A stretch of DNA of 64,000 nt. Source: Oscillospiraceae bacterium (GTDB taxonomy: Bacteria; Bacillota; Clostridia; Oscillospirales; CAG-272). Within the stretch, counting starts at the first letter, position 1, and each line of letters opens with the position of its first letter. Location of the stretch: positions 1,050-65,049 of the forward strand of contig SVQI01000009.1 of the NCBI GenBank assembly GCA_015065455.1. The letters run 5' to 3'. Positions 1 to 8,396 of this stretch are shown here, in pieces. Made by a program: the position numbers and the translations under genes. The notes beneath the pieces are model-generated. The model worked only from the letters and a program-made list of their open reading frames with translations. It ran no database searches and had not been told where the DNA came from.

Positions 1-36
1 TATATATAACACCTTGCTGCTGAAAGGACATATATC

Positions 37-618
37 TTGAAAAAAAGAAAAATAATCACAGCACTTATTGCGGTATTATTAATCTCACTTGCACTTATCA
101 TCGGCAAAAGCATTTACAAAAGTTTTTCCGAAAAGCTTGAAAGAGAACTATACCCTCTTCCCGAAAAATATCTGACCGAGATTAAAAAATACTCGCAGGA
201 ATATAAAGTTCCCGTCGAAATATTATGCGGGGTAATAAACACTGAAAGCTCGTTCAACCCGAACGCGTATTCCCACGCGGGCGCTATGGGAATAATGCAA
301 ATAACCGAGCCTACTTTTGAATGGCTTAATTTTAAAACGGGCGAAGAACACAAACTTGAAGAACTTTACGACTACAAATTTAATATTCGGTACGGAACGT
401 TGCTTCTATCTTTATTATATGATGAATTTCAGAATTGGGACACAACTCTCGCCGCATATAATGCAGGTCGCGGCCGCGTCAACGAATGGCTTTCAGACTC
501 TGAATATTCAGAAGACGGAAAGCTGACGAATATTCCCTACAAAGAAACGTCCGATTACGTAAAAAAAGTAAACAAAGCATCGGAAATATATACAAAGCTT
601 TATTTCACATCCAAATAA
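37..618 (+). CDS. lytic transglycosylase (SLT domain), membrane anchored
   Basis: 193-aa ORF with an N-terminal TM helix. SLT signature NTESSFNPNA..GAMGIMQIT..AYNAG. Confidence 0.85.
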   Translation: MKKRKIITALIAVLLISLALIIGKSIYKSFSEKLERELYPLPEKYLTEIKKYSQEYKVPVEILCGVINTESSFNPNAYSHAGAMGIMQITEPTFEWLNFKTGEEHKLEELYDYKFNIRYGTLLLSLLYDEFQNWDTTLAAYNAGRGRVNEWLSDSEYSEDGKLTNIPYKETSDYVKKVNKASEIYTKLYFTSK

Positions 619-631
619 ACGGAGCTACATT

Positions 632-1696
632 ATGATACAAAAACTCGAACAAATAGAAATTAAATTTGAAAACATTCTTTCCAAGCTTGAACAGCCGGAA
701 ACAGTTTCAAATCAGGAAGAATATACAAAGCTGATGAAAGAGCATAAAACCCTTATGCCCATAGTTGAGAAATTCCGCGAATATAAAAAAGCGGAAAACG
801 CTGTTCTCGAAAGCGAAGAAATGATGAAAGAACAGCTCGACCCCGAATTCAAAGCGCTTTGCGAAGAAGAATACAAGCAGGGCAAGCTCGATATGCAGAG
901 ATTCAATGAAGAATTAAAAATCCTTCTTCTTCCCAAAGACCCAGACGATGACAAGAACGTTATAGTTGAGATCAGAGCTGGCGCGGGCGGTGAAGAAGCG
1001 GCGCTTTTTGCAGGTGTTCTATACAGAATGTATTCAATGTACGCCGAAAGTGCAGGTTTCAAATCCGAGGTAATAAGCTCAAACGAAACGGGGCTTGGCG
1101 GTTTTCGTGAAATCTCATTTATGGTCGAGGGAGAGGGCGCATACAGCAAACTCAAATTTGAAAGTGGCGTACACAGAGTTCAGAGAGTTCCCGAGACCGA
1201 AACATCGGGCAGAATACACACGTCAACGGTAACTGTTGCCGTTCTCCCCGAAGTTGAAGAAGTTGCTATTGAAATCAACCCTGCAGACGTAAAAATAGAA
1301 TCGTGTAAATCAAGCGGTGCCGGAGGTCAGCACGTAAACAAAACCGAATCGGCTGTAAGACTTACCCACCTTCCCACCGGACTTGTTATTGAGTGTCAGG
1401 AAGAGCGCTCGCAGTTTAAAAACAGAGATAAGGCTATGAAGCTTCTCCGTACAAAGCTTTTTGATATGAAGCAAAGTGAACAGAACGAAAAAATCGCATC
1501 AGCAAGAAAAAGCATGGTCGGTACGGGTGACAGAAGCGAAAAAATACGAACATACAATTATCCGCAGGGCAGAATCACCGATCACAGAATCGGTATGTCG
1601 ATTTTCTCAATAGAAAGCTTTTTGAACGGCAATATCGGTGAAATGATCGACGCTTTAATAACTGCAGATACCGCGGAGAGACTTAAAAACGCGTAA
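632..1696 (+). CDS. prfA: peptide chain release factor 1
   Basis: 354 aa. GGQ motif (SGAGGQHVNKTESAVRLTH) and RF1-type P-x-T tripeptide (RVQRVPETETSGRIHTS). Confidence 0.97.
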   Translation: MIQKLEQIEIKFENILSKLEQPETVSNQEEYTKLMKEHKTLMPIVEKFREYKKAENAVLESEEMMKEQLDPEFKALCEEEYKQGKLDMQRFNEELKILLLPKDPDDDKNVIVEIRAGAGGEEAALFAGVLYRMYSMYAESAGFKSEVISSNETGLGGFREISFMVEGEGAYSKLKFESGVHRVQRVPETETSGRIHTSTVTVAVLPEVEEVAIEINPADVKIESCKSSGAGGQHVNKTESAVRLTHLPTGLVIECQEERSQFKNRDKAMKLLRTKLFDMKQSEQNEKIASARKSMVGTGDRSEKIRTYNYPQGRITDHRIGMSIFSIESFLNGNIGEMIDALITADTAERLKNA

Positions 1697-1724
1697 AAGC
1701 ATAGAATAAAAGGAATAAGCAAAA

Positions 1725-2759
1725 ATGCAGACACTTTTAATAAAAGAAGCAAACAAAGAGAATATAGATATAGCGGCAGATATAATTAAAAACGGCGGTC
1801 TTGTGGTTATGCCGACAGAAACCGTATACGGACTTGGAGCCAACGCCCTTGACAAAAATGCCGTTACAAACGTGTACAAAGCAAAAGGTCGCCCTATGGA
1901 CAACCCATTGATAGTACACCTTTCAACAGCAAACGATGCAGAAAAGTACGCTTATACAAACGAACTTTTCTACAAGCTTGCAGACAGATTCATGCCGGGG
2001 CCTTTGACGGTCATTCTCCCAAAAAAAGATATAGTTCCCTACGAAGTATCGTGCGGACTTGATACGGTCGCAATTCGCGTACCGTCAAACGAAATTGCTC
2101 ACAGACTGATAGAAACCTCAGGCTGCCCGATAGCCGCTCCTTCGGCAAACCTTTCGGGCAAACCGAGTCCGACAAGCTTTGCGCACGTTGTTGAAGACAT
2201 GAACGGCAGAGTTGATGCAATAATTGACGGCGGCGAATGTGATATAGGTCTTGAGTCAACCGTTATAATAATAAAAGACGAAAGTGCCGAGATTCTACGT
2301 CCCGGAAAAATAACATACGAGGAATTGAAAGAAATAATTCCCGATATAAAAATAAACTCGGCTGTAAAAAACCAATGCACAGACGAAAAGGTTGCAAGTC
2401 CGGGTATGAAATACAGACACTATGCCCCCTCAGCCCCCGTTTTTCTGGTCGAGGGAAATGACAATGATATTATAAACTTTTTTAAAACCAAACAACAGAC
2501 AGAAAACTGCGGCATTCTTTGTTTTAGCGAAGACGAAGAATTACTGCTTTCCAAAAACGTTCTTACGTTTGGAAGAAGCGATGACGAAACTTCTCAGGCG
2601 CACGAGCTTTTTGACAAGCTCCGCCGTTTTGATAATATGAACGTTGAAAGAATATACGCAAGAATTCCCTCGGATAAGGGCGTGGGTCTTGCAGTATATA
2701 ACAGACTTATACGTGCGGCAGGCTTTGACATAATCAAAGCAAATAATATACAGGAGTGA
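1725..2759 (+). CDS. tsaC: L-threonylcarbamoyladenylate synthase (Sua5/YwlC/TsaC type with C-terminal Sua5 domain)
   Basis: 344 aa. YrdC-fold motifs PTETVYGLGANA, KGRP.DNPLIVH, SANLSGKPSPT. Confidence 0.92.
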   Translation: MQTLLIKEANKENIDIAADIIKNGGLVVMPTETVYGLGANALDKNAVTNVYKAKGRPMDNPLIVHLSTANDAEKYAYTNELFYKLADRFMPGPLTVILPKKDIVPYEVSCGLDTVAIRVPSNEIAHRLIETSGCPIAAPSANLSGKPSPTSFAHVVEDMNGRVDAIIDGGECDIGLESTVIIIKDESAEILRPGKITYEELKEIIPDIKINSAVKNQCTDEKVASPGMKYRHYAPSAPVFLVEGNDNDIINFFKTKQQTENCGILCFSEDEELLLSKNVLTFGRSDDETSQAHELFDKLRRFDNMNVERIYARIPSDKGVGLAVYNRLIRAAGFDIIKANNIQE

Positions 2760-4969
2760 ATAAAAAAATGGCAAGAAAAAGAAAGAGCACAGCTCTCATC
2801 GAAGAACAGCTCCCCGAAGCTATACCTGTAATTCAGCCTATAACAGAAACGATAGAAAAAAACTATATGCCCTACGCCATGAGCGTTATTATCTCACGTG
2901 CTATTCCCGAAATTGACGGATTCAAGCCGTCCCACAGAAAATTGCTCTACACAATGTACAAAATGGGACTTATGACGGGAAACAGAACCAAAAGCGCTAA
3001 CATCGTCGGTCAGACAATGAAGCTTAACCCTCACGGTGACGCATCAATTTATGAAACAATGGTCAGACTCACAAAGGGCAACGAAGCACTTCTTCACCCG
3101 TTTGTTGATTCAAAGGGAAGCTTTGGTAAACATTACAGTCGTGATATGGCTTACGCGGCAGCGCGTTATACTGAAGCAAAATTGGCTCCTATTTGCTCGG
3201 AAATATTCAGAGGAATTGACAAAAATGCCGTTGAATTTATTCCAAACTACGATAACTCTATGACAGAGCCGACGCTGTTGCCAACAGCATTCCCCAACGT
3301 CCTCGTATCACCCAATATGGGCGTTGCCGTTGGTATGGCAAGTTCTATCTGCTCATTTAACTTAAATGAAATATGCGACGGAACTATCCAGCTTTTGAAA
3401 AATCCAAAAACGGATATAGAAAAAATACTTGATATAATTAAAGCTCCCGATTTCCCCTGCGGTGCATCTCTTATTTATAACAGAGATCAGATGCGCGAGA
3501 TATACGAAACGGGTGCGGGAAGCGTAAAGCTCCGCGCAAGATACACCTACGACAAGGAAGCTAACTGCATTGACGTAATAGAAATCCCCTACTCTACCTC
3601 GATCGAAGCTATCATGAAGCGTATGACCGACCTCGTAAAAGAGGGCAAGCTTAAAGAGGTTACCGATTTCCGTGACGAAATCGACCTTAACGGATTTAAG
3701 CTGACTATAGATTTGCGCCGAGGAACAGACCCCGACAAGCTTATGGTAAAGCTCTATAAGTTGACTCCCCTTGAAGACAACTTCAGCTGTAACTTTAACG
3801 TTCTTGTCGATATGGTTCCGAAACAGATGGGAGTAAAAGAACTCCTTAACGAGTGGATAAAGTTCAGAATGGGTTGCGTTAAGCGCGAGCTTCAGTACGA
3901 ACACGACAGAAAGAGCGAAAAGCTTCACCTTTTGCTTGGTCTTGGAAAAATTATACTCGATATAGATAAGGCTATTCAAATTATCAGAGATACAAAGAGC
4001 GAAAAAGACGTTATCCCGAACCTTATGGCAGGCTTTGATATTGACGAAATTCAAGCTAACTATATTGCGGATATTAAGCTCAGAAATCTTAACCTTGAGT
4101 ATATTATAAACAGAGTCAAGGAGATCGAATCTTTGCAAAAAGAAATTGCAGAGCTAAAGGATACGATCGAAAACGACTCAAAGGTTAAGGCAGTTATCGC
4201 AAAACAGCTTAAAGATATTAAAGAAAAGTTCGGTCAACCGAGAAAGACTCAACTTATATACGATTACGACGTTTCCGAATACAACGAGGAAGAGTATATC
4301 GAAAACTACAACGTTAAGTTGTTGCTGACACGCGACGGCTTCTTTAAGAAAATAACTCTCGTTTCTCTCAGAGGAAACGACGAACAGAAATTTAAAGAGG
4401 GCGACGAGATAAGAGTGGAAGAAAGCGCCACGAATATGGATGAAATTGTTTTCTTCTCCGACAAATGTCAGATGTATAAGGCTAAAGTCAGAGATTTTGA
4501 TTGCCACAAGGCATCGTCACTCGGGGACTACGTGCCCGCAAAGCTCGGATTTGACGAGGACGAAAAAGTGGTTTATATGAAGGTTCTCAACGAATATAAG
4601 GAAACGGACAGATTTGTGTTTATTTTTGAAAATGGCAAGGGTGTTAAGGTTCCCGTTACCGCTTACGAAACCAAATCTAACCGCAGAAAGCTTACAGGAG
4701 CTTATTCATCAGCATCACCTATCGTTGCGGTATTCCACGAAGAACAGCCGTTTGATATGCTTATTATATCTGACAATAACAGAGCTATTATGATTAATAC
4801 CAAGCTGATTACCGAGAAAGCAACCCGTTCTTCTCAAGGCGCTTCCCTGTTTAAGCTGACCGCAAAACAGAAAGTGGCAAAGGCTGTTCGTGACTTTGAA
4901 GAAAAATATCCTAACGGCAAAAACTGCCGCAAGATAAAAGTTCCCGCAACGGGATCTGCTTTTGACTGA
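2756..4969 (+). CDS. parC: type IIA DNA topoisomerase subunit A (ParC/GyrA family, ParC-like length)
   Basis: 737 aa. Motifs DGFKPSHRK.LY, KSA..VG....NPHGD, and the catalytic Tyr region AAARYTEAKL. The likely real start is ATG 2768 (MARKRK), 12 nt inside the track ORF and overlapping the tsaC stop. No parE lies adjacent. Confidence 0.9.
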   Translation: MNKKMARKRKSTALIEEQLPEAIPVIQPITETIEKNYMPYAMSVIISRAIPEIDGFKPSHRKLLYTMYKMGLMTGNRTKSANIVGQTMKLNPHGDASIYETMVRLTKGNEALLHPFVDSKGSFGKHYSRDMAYAAARYTEAKLAPICSEIFRGIDKNAVEFIPNYDNSMTEPTLLPTAFPNVLVSPNMGVAVGMASSICSFNLNEICDGTIQLLKNPKTDIEKILDIIKAPDFPCGASLIYNRDQMREIYETGAGSVKLRARYTYDKEANCIDVIEIPYSTSIEAIMKRMTDLVKEGKLKEVTDFRDEIDLNGFKLTIDLRRGTDPDKLMVKLYKLTPLEDNFSCNFNVLVDMVPKQMGVKELLNEWIKFRMGCVKRELQYEHDRKSEKLHLLLGLGKIILDIDKAIQIIRDTKSEKDVIPNLMAGFDIDEIQANYIADIKLRNLNLEYIINRVKEIESLQKEIAELKDTIENDSKVKAVIAKQLKDIKEKFGQPRKTQLIYDYDVSEYNEEEYIENYNVKLLLTRDGFFKKITLVSLRGNDEQKFKEGDEIRVEESATNMDEIVFFSDKCQMYKAKVRDFDCHKASSLGDYVPAKLGFDEDEKVVYMKVLNEYKETDRFVFIFENGKGVKVPVTAYETKSNRRKLTGAYSSASPIVAVFHEEQPFDMLIISDNNRAIMINTKLITEKATRSSQGASLFKLTAKQKVAKAVRDFEEKYPNGKNCRKIKVPATGSAFD

Positions 4970-4981
4970 AAAAATTGGGTA

Positions 4982-5010
4982 TTGAATAATTGATTCGTTT
5001 GTGATATAAT
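4982..5010 (+). promoter_or_regulatory. sigma-A type promoter for the small ORF 5062..5193
   Basis: TTGAAT, 17-nt spacer, TG-n-TATAAT (extended -10), about 50 nt upstream of the ATG. Confidence 0.6.
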
Positions 5011-5061
5011 TAAGTTGTAATTATTAAAAATAAAACATATTTTATGATAGAGGTGAAAGAA

Positions 5062-5193
5062 ATGGCAGACTCTAAGAAAAAAAGAACAAAAGCAGAAAGA
5101 GATAAATTAGCTATCAGAATTGCATGCGCAGTGATGGGCGGACTTATGGTGCTTGGTACAGCGGCTACTGCAATCCAGTTGCTCTTTGCTTAA
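5062..5193 (+). CDS. small tail-anchored membrane protein, 43 aa (not in the ORF track)
   Basis: ATG preceded by GAGGTGA. Translation MADSKKKRTKAERDKLAIRIACAVMGGLMVLGTAATAIQLLFA has a basic N-terminus and one TM helix. It has its own promoter and terminator. Confidence 0.6.
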   Translation: MADSKKKRTKAERDKLAIRIACAVMGGLMVLGTAATAIQLLFA

Positions 5194-5216
5194 AATCTTA
5201 TTTAAACATACAAAAA

Positions 5217-5246
5217 TACTCCCTTAAGACAAGGGAGTATTTTTTT
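5217..5246 (+). terminator. rho-independent terminator
   Basis: Hairpin tactccctt-aagac-aagggagta followed by TTTTTTT. Confidence 0.8.
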
Positions 5247-5310
5247 GATGTAAATACGGACAGATAAAAAACACTTATACAATTTTATTATATATTATAA
5301 TAATACATCT

Positions 5311-5947
5311 AACGGCGGGAGCAAAATATACGCCCTACCAAATTAGGATTTGTTACCTATTTTGTGTATTCGATTGTCATTCTCGTTTCTGCCGCCACGG
5401 GATTCTTCGCTTCGCTAAAGAATGACAGCGTGGCGGCACCGTAAAGAATATCAAGCACACAGTTTTTCATAAGTGCCGTCCCCTACCAATTTAAATAATA
5501 CTATCTCAGCAAACCAGGGGGGTACCGAGGGAGGAACGCCCTCGGTCGTTTGCGGGGTAGGGGGTTACGGGGGTGGGGGAATCGAAACCCTCACCCCCGT
5601 ATGCCTTCTTTGGTTACTTTCTTGGCACGCAAGAAAGTAACATAAAAAAGAAAAGACAATATTATCTGTTTAAATTGTTTGCTTTTCTCTCCCTCCGTCA
5701 TTTTCTAACGAAAATGCCACCTCCCTCGTCAGATGGAGGTAAAAAGAGAGATTGTTTCGGGAAGCACACACTGTCAGGAGCTTCGCTCCCGAACCCACAC
5801 CAAAGGTGCTTTTTGAAAAAAGCTCCTTTGGAATCCGCAAAAACTTTATATAAAATAAGCATTAATTTTTTTATATTATTTTTTCAAAATAATATTTTAT
5901 ATGAGCACTTTTAAAAAAGTGCCCTCTTGACTCCCTCAAAACTTTTA
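5311..5947. repeat. mosaic hairpin repeat locus A (forward orientation)
   Basis: Shares long modules with loci at 12036, 22526, 30521, 40138, 49773 and 55081. Examples: gtcaggagcttcgctcccgaacccacac, ccttctttggttactttcttggcacgcaagaaagtaac, ctccctcgtcagatggag. Confidence 0.9.
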
Positions 5948-5988
5948 AAAAAATAAATTCCCAATATTATTTTAATATCGGGAATTTT
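5946..5988 (-). terminator. rho-independent terminator of murI
   Basis: On the minus strand, hairpin ttcccgatatt/aatattgggaa (one G-U pair) followed by a T-run. Confidence 0.65.
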
Positions 5989-5992
5989 TTGT

Positions 5993-6766
5993 TTATCTGT
6001 TAAGCAAAAAGTAGGTAAGATCCATTATTTCTTTTGTGCCTAATGTATTTATAATATGCAGTTCGCCTTTTTGAGTCTGGTCGTTGAGCATATCAATAAG
6101 CTCAAGCCTTCTCTTTGTTTCTCTTGCCGTACCGCTTCCTCCGTCAAATATGACTGCTTTGTGATCAAACGCCTTGCTTACCGCTTCTTTAATATGTGGA
6201 TAATGCGTACAGCCAAGAACCACCGAGTCTACTTTGAGATATCTGAAAGGAGCAAAAATTTCTTTCAAATGCGCGTCAAGCTCAGGTCCCTCAACTATAC
6301 CGCGTTCAATAAGCTTCACAAGCCCCGGGCAAGGCAAAGCTATAATATTTGCCTCGTTGTCGTATCTTCTGGCAAGCTCGTCAAACTTATCCTGCGACAA
6401 GGTAAGAGGTGTAGCCATAACTATAACAGTGGGGTGTATCTTATATAAAACAGCCGGTTTTACAGCAGGCTCAATTCCAATAATCGGAATATCAGGGTGC
6501 ATTTTTCTTAAAGTTTCAGCAGCAACACTCGTTGCCGTATTGCAGGCAATTACTATTGCTTTTGCTCCCTTTTCAAGCAATATTTCAGCATTTTTCTTTG
6601 TTAATTCCTTTATTTCCTCGGCACTTTTTGTCCCGTAAGGAGCATTGATAGAATCTCCGTAATACAAAAAATTTTCATTCGGCAATAGAGCCATAAGCTC
6701 TTTGAGAACGCTTATACCCCCGACTCCCGAGTCAAACACGGCAATAGGATCAGTTTTTTTCATCAA
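5993..6766 (-). CDS. murI: glutamate racemase
   Basis: 257 aa. Motifs FDSGVGG, IACNTATS and LGCTHYP, including both catalytic Cys motifs. Confidence 0.96.
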   Translation of the reverse strand: MMKKTDPIAVFDSGVGGISVLKELMALLPNENFLYYGDSINAPYGTKSAEEIKELTKKNAEILLEKGAKAIVIACNTATSVAAETLRKMHPDIPIIGIEPAVKPAVLYKIHPTVIVMATPLTLSQDKFDELARRYDNEANIIALPCPGLVKLIERGIVEGPELDAHLKEIFAPFRYLKVDSVVLGCTHYPHIKEAVSKAFDHKAVIFDGGSGTARETKRRLELIDMLNDQTQKGELHIINTLGTKEIMDLTYFLLNR

Positions 6767-6963
6767 AATACCACCTTTTGACTGTTTTTATCGTTTAATA
6801 ACAATCTTTAATAAACTGTCATATATTATATCACAGAAATACACTTTCGTCAATTAAAAAGATTTATTGCTCACACTAAAATATGCATTATTTTTTATTA
6901 TTATATATCATTCCCTTTAATACCATTATTATTGTTAAAATGTTACAAAATGATTTGTTACTA

Positions 6964-6992
6964 TTGACAATAAAAAAGAATAGTGCTAAAAT
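6964..6992 (+). promoter_or_regulatory. candidate promoter of the liv-type operon
   Basis: TTGACA, 17 nt, TAAAAT. This predicts a leader of about 190 nt before ATG 7192. Confidence 0.5.
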
Positions 6993-7191
6993 ATAGTATA
7001 TTTTAATAATGAAAGATATTTTTTGTGCCATGTAATTTTTCTATATATTTTTGCTTATACATGCTGTATCTTTCGTATTATTTTTGGCACAGTCGGAAAG
7101 TGCCTTTTTTGTTTTGATATACTTTTAACCGATAATTACGGTTGTTTGTATATATACTATTCTATTTTTTATTTTTCAAGGAGAAAAAACT

Positions 7192-8346
7192 ATGAAAAGA
7201 ATTCTCGCACTCATGCTTGCTGTTGTTATGTGTGCAGCTATATTAGTTGGCTGTAACAGCAAAAAAGATGACGGCAGCACATTAAGAATCGGTAGCATCG
7301 GACCTGTAACAGGTGATGCGGCAATCTACGGTCAGGCTGTTAAAAACGGTTGCCAGATCGCAGTTGACGAAATCAACGCAGCAGGCGGAATCAACGGAAT
7401 TAAGATTGAATATCAGTTCCAGGATGACGCAAACGTTTCTGAAACAGCTGTAAACGCTTATAACAAGCTTATGGACTGGGGCATGGACGTACTCGTTGGT
7501 ACAGTTACAACTAACCCCTGTATTTCTGTTTCAACAGAAATTAACAAGGACCGCGTATTTGCGCTCACACCCTCTGCATCTTCAACAGACGTAACAGCAG
7601 GAAAAGACAATATGTTCCAGCTTTGCTTTACAGACCCCAACCAGGGTACAGGTTCTGCAACATATATTTCCGCTAATATGGCTGATAAGAAGATCGCTAT
7701 CATCTACCGTAACGATGACGCTTACTCACAGGGTATCCGTAACACATTCGTTGCAGAAGCAAAGAATAAGAACCTCAACGTTGTATACGAAGGTACATTT
7801 AACAAGGACACTGCAACAGACTTTACAGTTCAGCTCACAGGTGCTAAGGCAGCAGGCGCTGACCTTATCTTCCTTCCCATCTACTACCAGCCCGCATCCG
7901 TAATTTTTGCACAGGCAGACGCTATGGGTTATGATCCTATATTCTTCGGTGTTGACGGTATGGACGGTATTCTCACAATGAAGAACTTCGACATTAAGCT
8001 TGCTGAAGGCGTAATGGTTCTCACTCCCTTCTCTGCTGACGCAGAAGATGAAAGAACACAGAACTTCGTTAAGGAATATCAGAAACGCCACGGTGAAGTT
8101 CCCAACCAGTTCGCAGCTGACGGTTATGACTGCATTTATGCAATCAAGGCAGCTTACGAAAAGGCGGGCGCAAATCAGGATATGTCTACTGAAGAACTCT
8201 GCGATGCACTTGTAAAGGCTATGAAGGAACTTTCATTCGACGGTCTTACAGGTAAAGCTATGACTTGGAACGACAAGGGCGAAGTAAACAAGATGCCCAC
8301 AGCCGTTGTAATCAAAGACGGTAAGTACGTTTCTGCAGGTAAATAA
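7192..8346 (+). CDS. branched-chain amino-acid ABC transporter substrate-binding lipoprotein (LivJ/K family)
   Basis: 384 aa. Lipobox LVGC after the signal peptide. Type I periplasmic-binding fold pattern, and first gene of the livHMGF-like operon. Confidence 0.9.
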   Translation: MKRILALMLAVVMCAAILVGCNSKKDDGSTLRIGSIGPVTGDAAIYGQAVKNGCQIAVDEINAAGGINGIKIEYQFQDDANVSETAVNAYNKLMDWGMDVLVGTVTTNPCISVSTEINKDRVFALTPSASSTDVTAGKDNMFQLCFTDPNQGTGSATYISANMADKKIAIIYRNDDAYSQGIRNTFVAEAKNKNLNVVYEGTFNKDTATDFTVQLTGAKAAGADLIFLPIYYQPASVIFAQADAMGYDPIFFGVDGMDGILTMKNFDIKLAEGVMVLTPFSADAEDERTQNFVKEYQKRHGEVPNQFAADGYDCIYAIKAAYEKAGANQDMSTEELCDALVKAMKELSFDGLTGKAMTWNDKGEVNKMPTAVVIKDGKYVSAGK

Positions 8347-8396
8347 TTTATAAATAGATTCTTGTTTTAAACTGAATATTATCGAGGTAGACTCTG

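Noticed and set aside
3362-4138. Long antisense or alternative-frame ORFs inside well-supported genes. Examples are 3362..4138(-), 10307..10864(-), 16418..16996(+), 18919..19452(+), 28404..29039(-), 40958..41527(+), 41400..42104(+) and 51799..52323(+).
   Set aside because: Each lies entirely within a gene with strong family motifs on the other strand or frame. Their compositions are low-complexity, Cys/Phe/Ser-rich, which is typical of shadow ORFs in AT-rich DNA.
5575-5590. tRNA-like T-arm. The conserved loop of hairpin P3 reads gggg-tttcgatt-cccc on the minus strand, resembling GG-TTCGATT-CC.
   Set aside because: The loop is 8 nt rather than 7, G53/C61 geometry is not met, and no acceptor, D or anticodon arms can be drawn around it. 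It is not a tRNA or tRNA pseudogene.
5601-5645. A 14-codon micro-ORF, atg-cct-tct-ttg-gtt-act-ttc-ttg-gca-cgc-aag-aaa-gta-ac(a/g)-taa (MPSLVTFLARKKVT), conserved in four repeat copies.
   Set aside because: It coincides exactly with the perfect 11-bp hairpin, so the conservation is explained by the structure. There is no Shine-Dalgarno sequence, and one copy begins with gtg inside a GC stem.
5573-5914. Track ORFs inside the repeat loci: 5573..5914, 23011..23208, 23036..23242, 30446..30676, 40275..40541, 40498..40686, 40596..40925, 49932..50210 and 55044..55256. Some share peptide strings such as AFFGYFLGTQESN.KKKRQYYL.
   Set aside because: The similarity follows the DNA repeats. Frames are broken differently in each copy, there are no RBS sites, and the sequence is dominated by palindromes. 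They are by-products of the repeats rather than genes.
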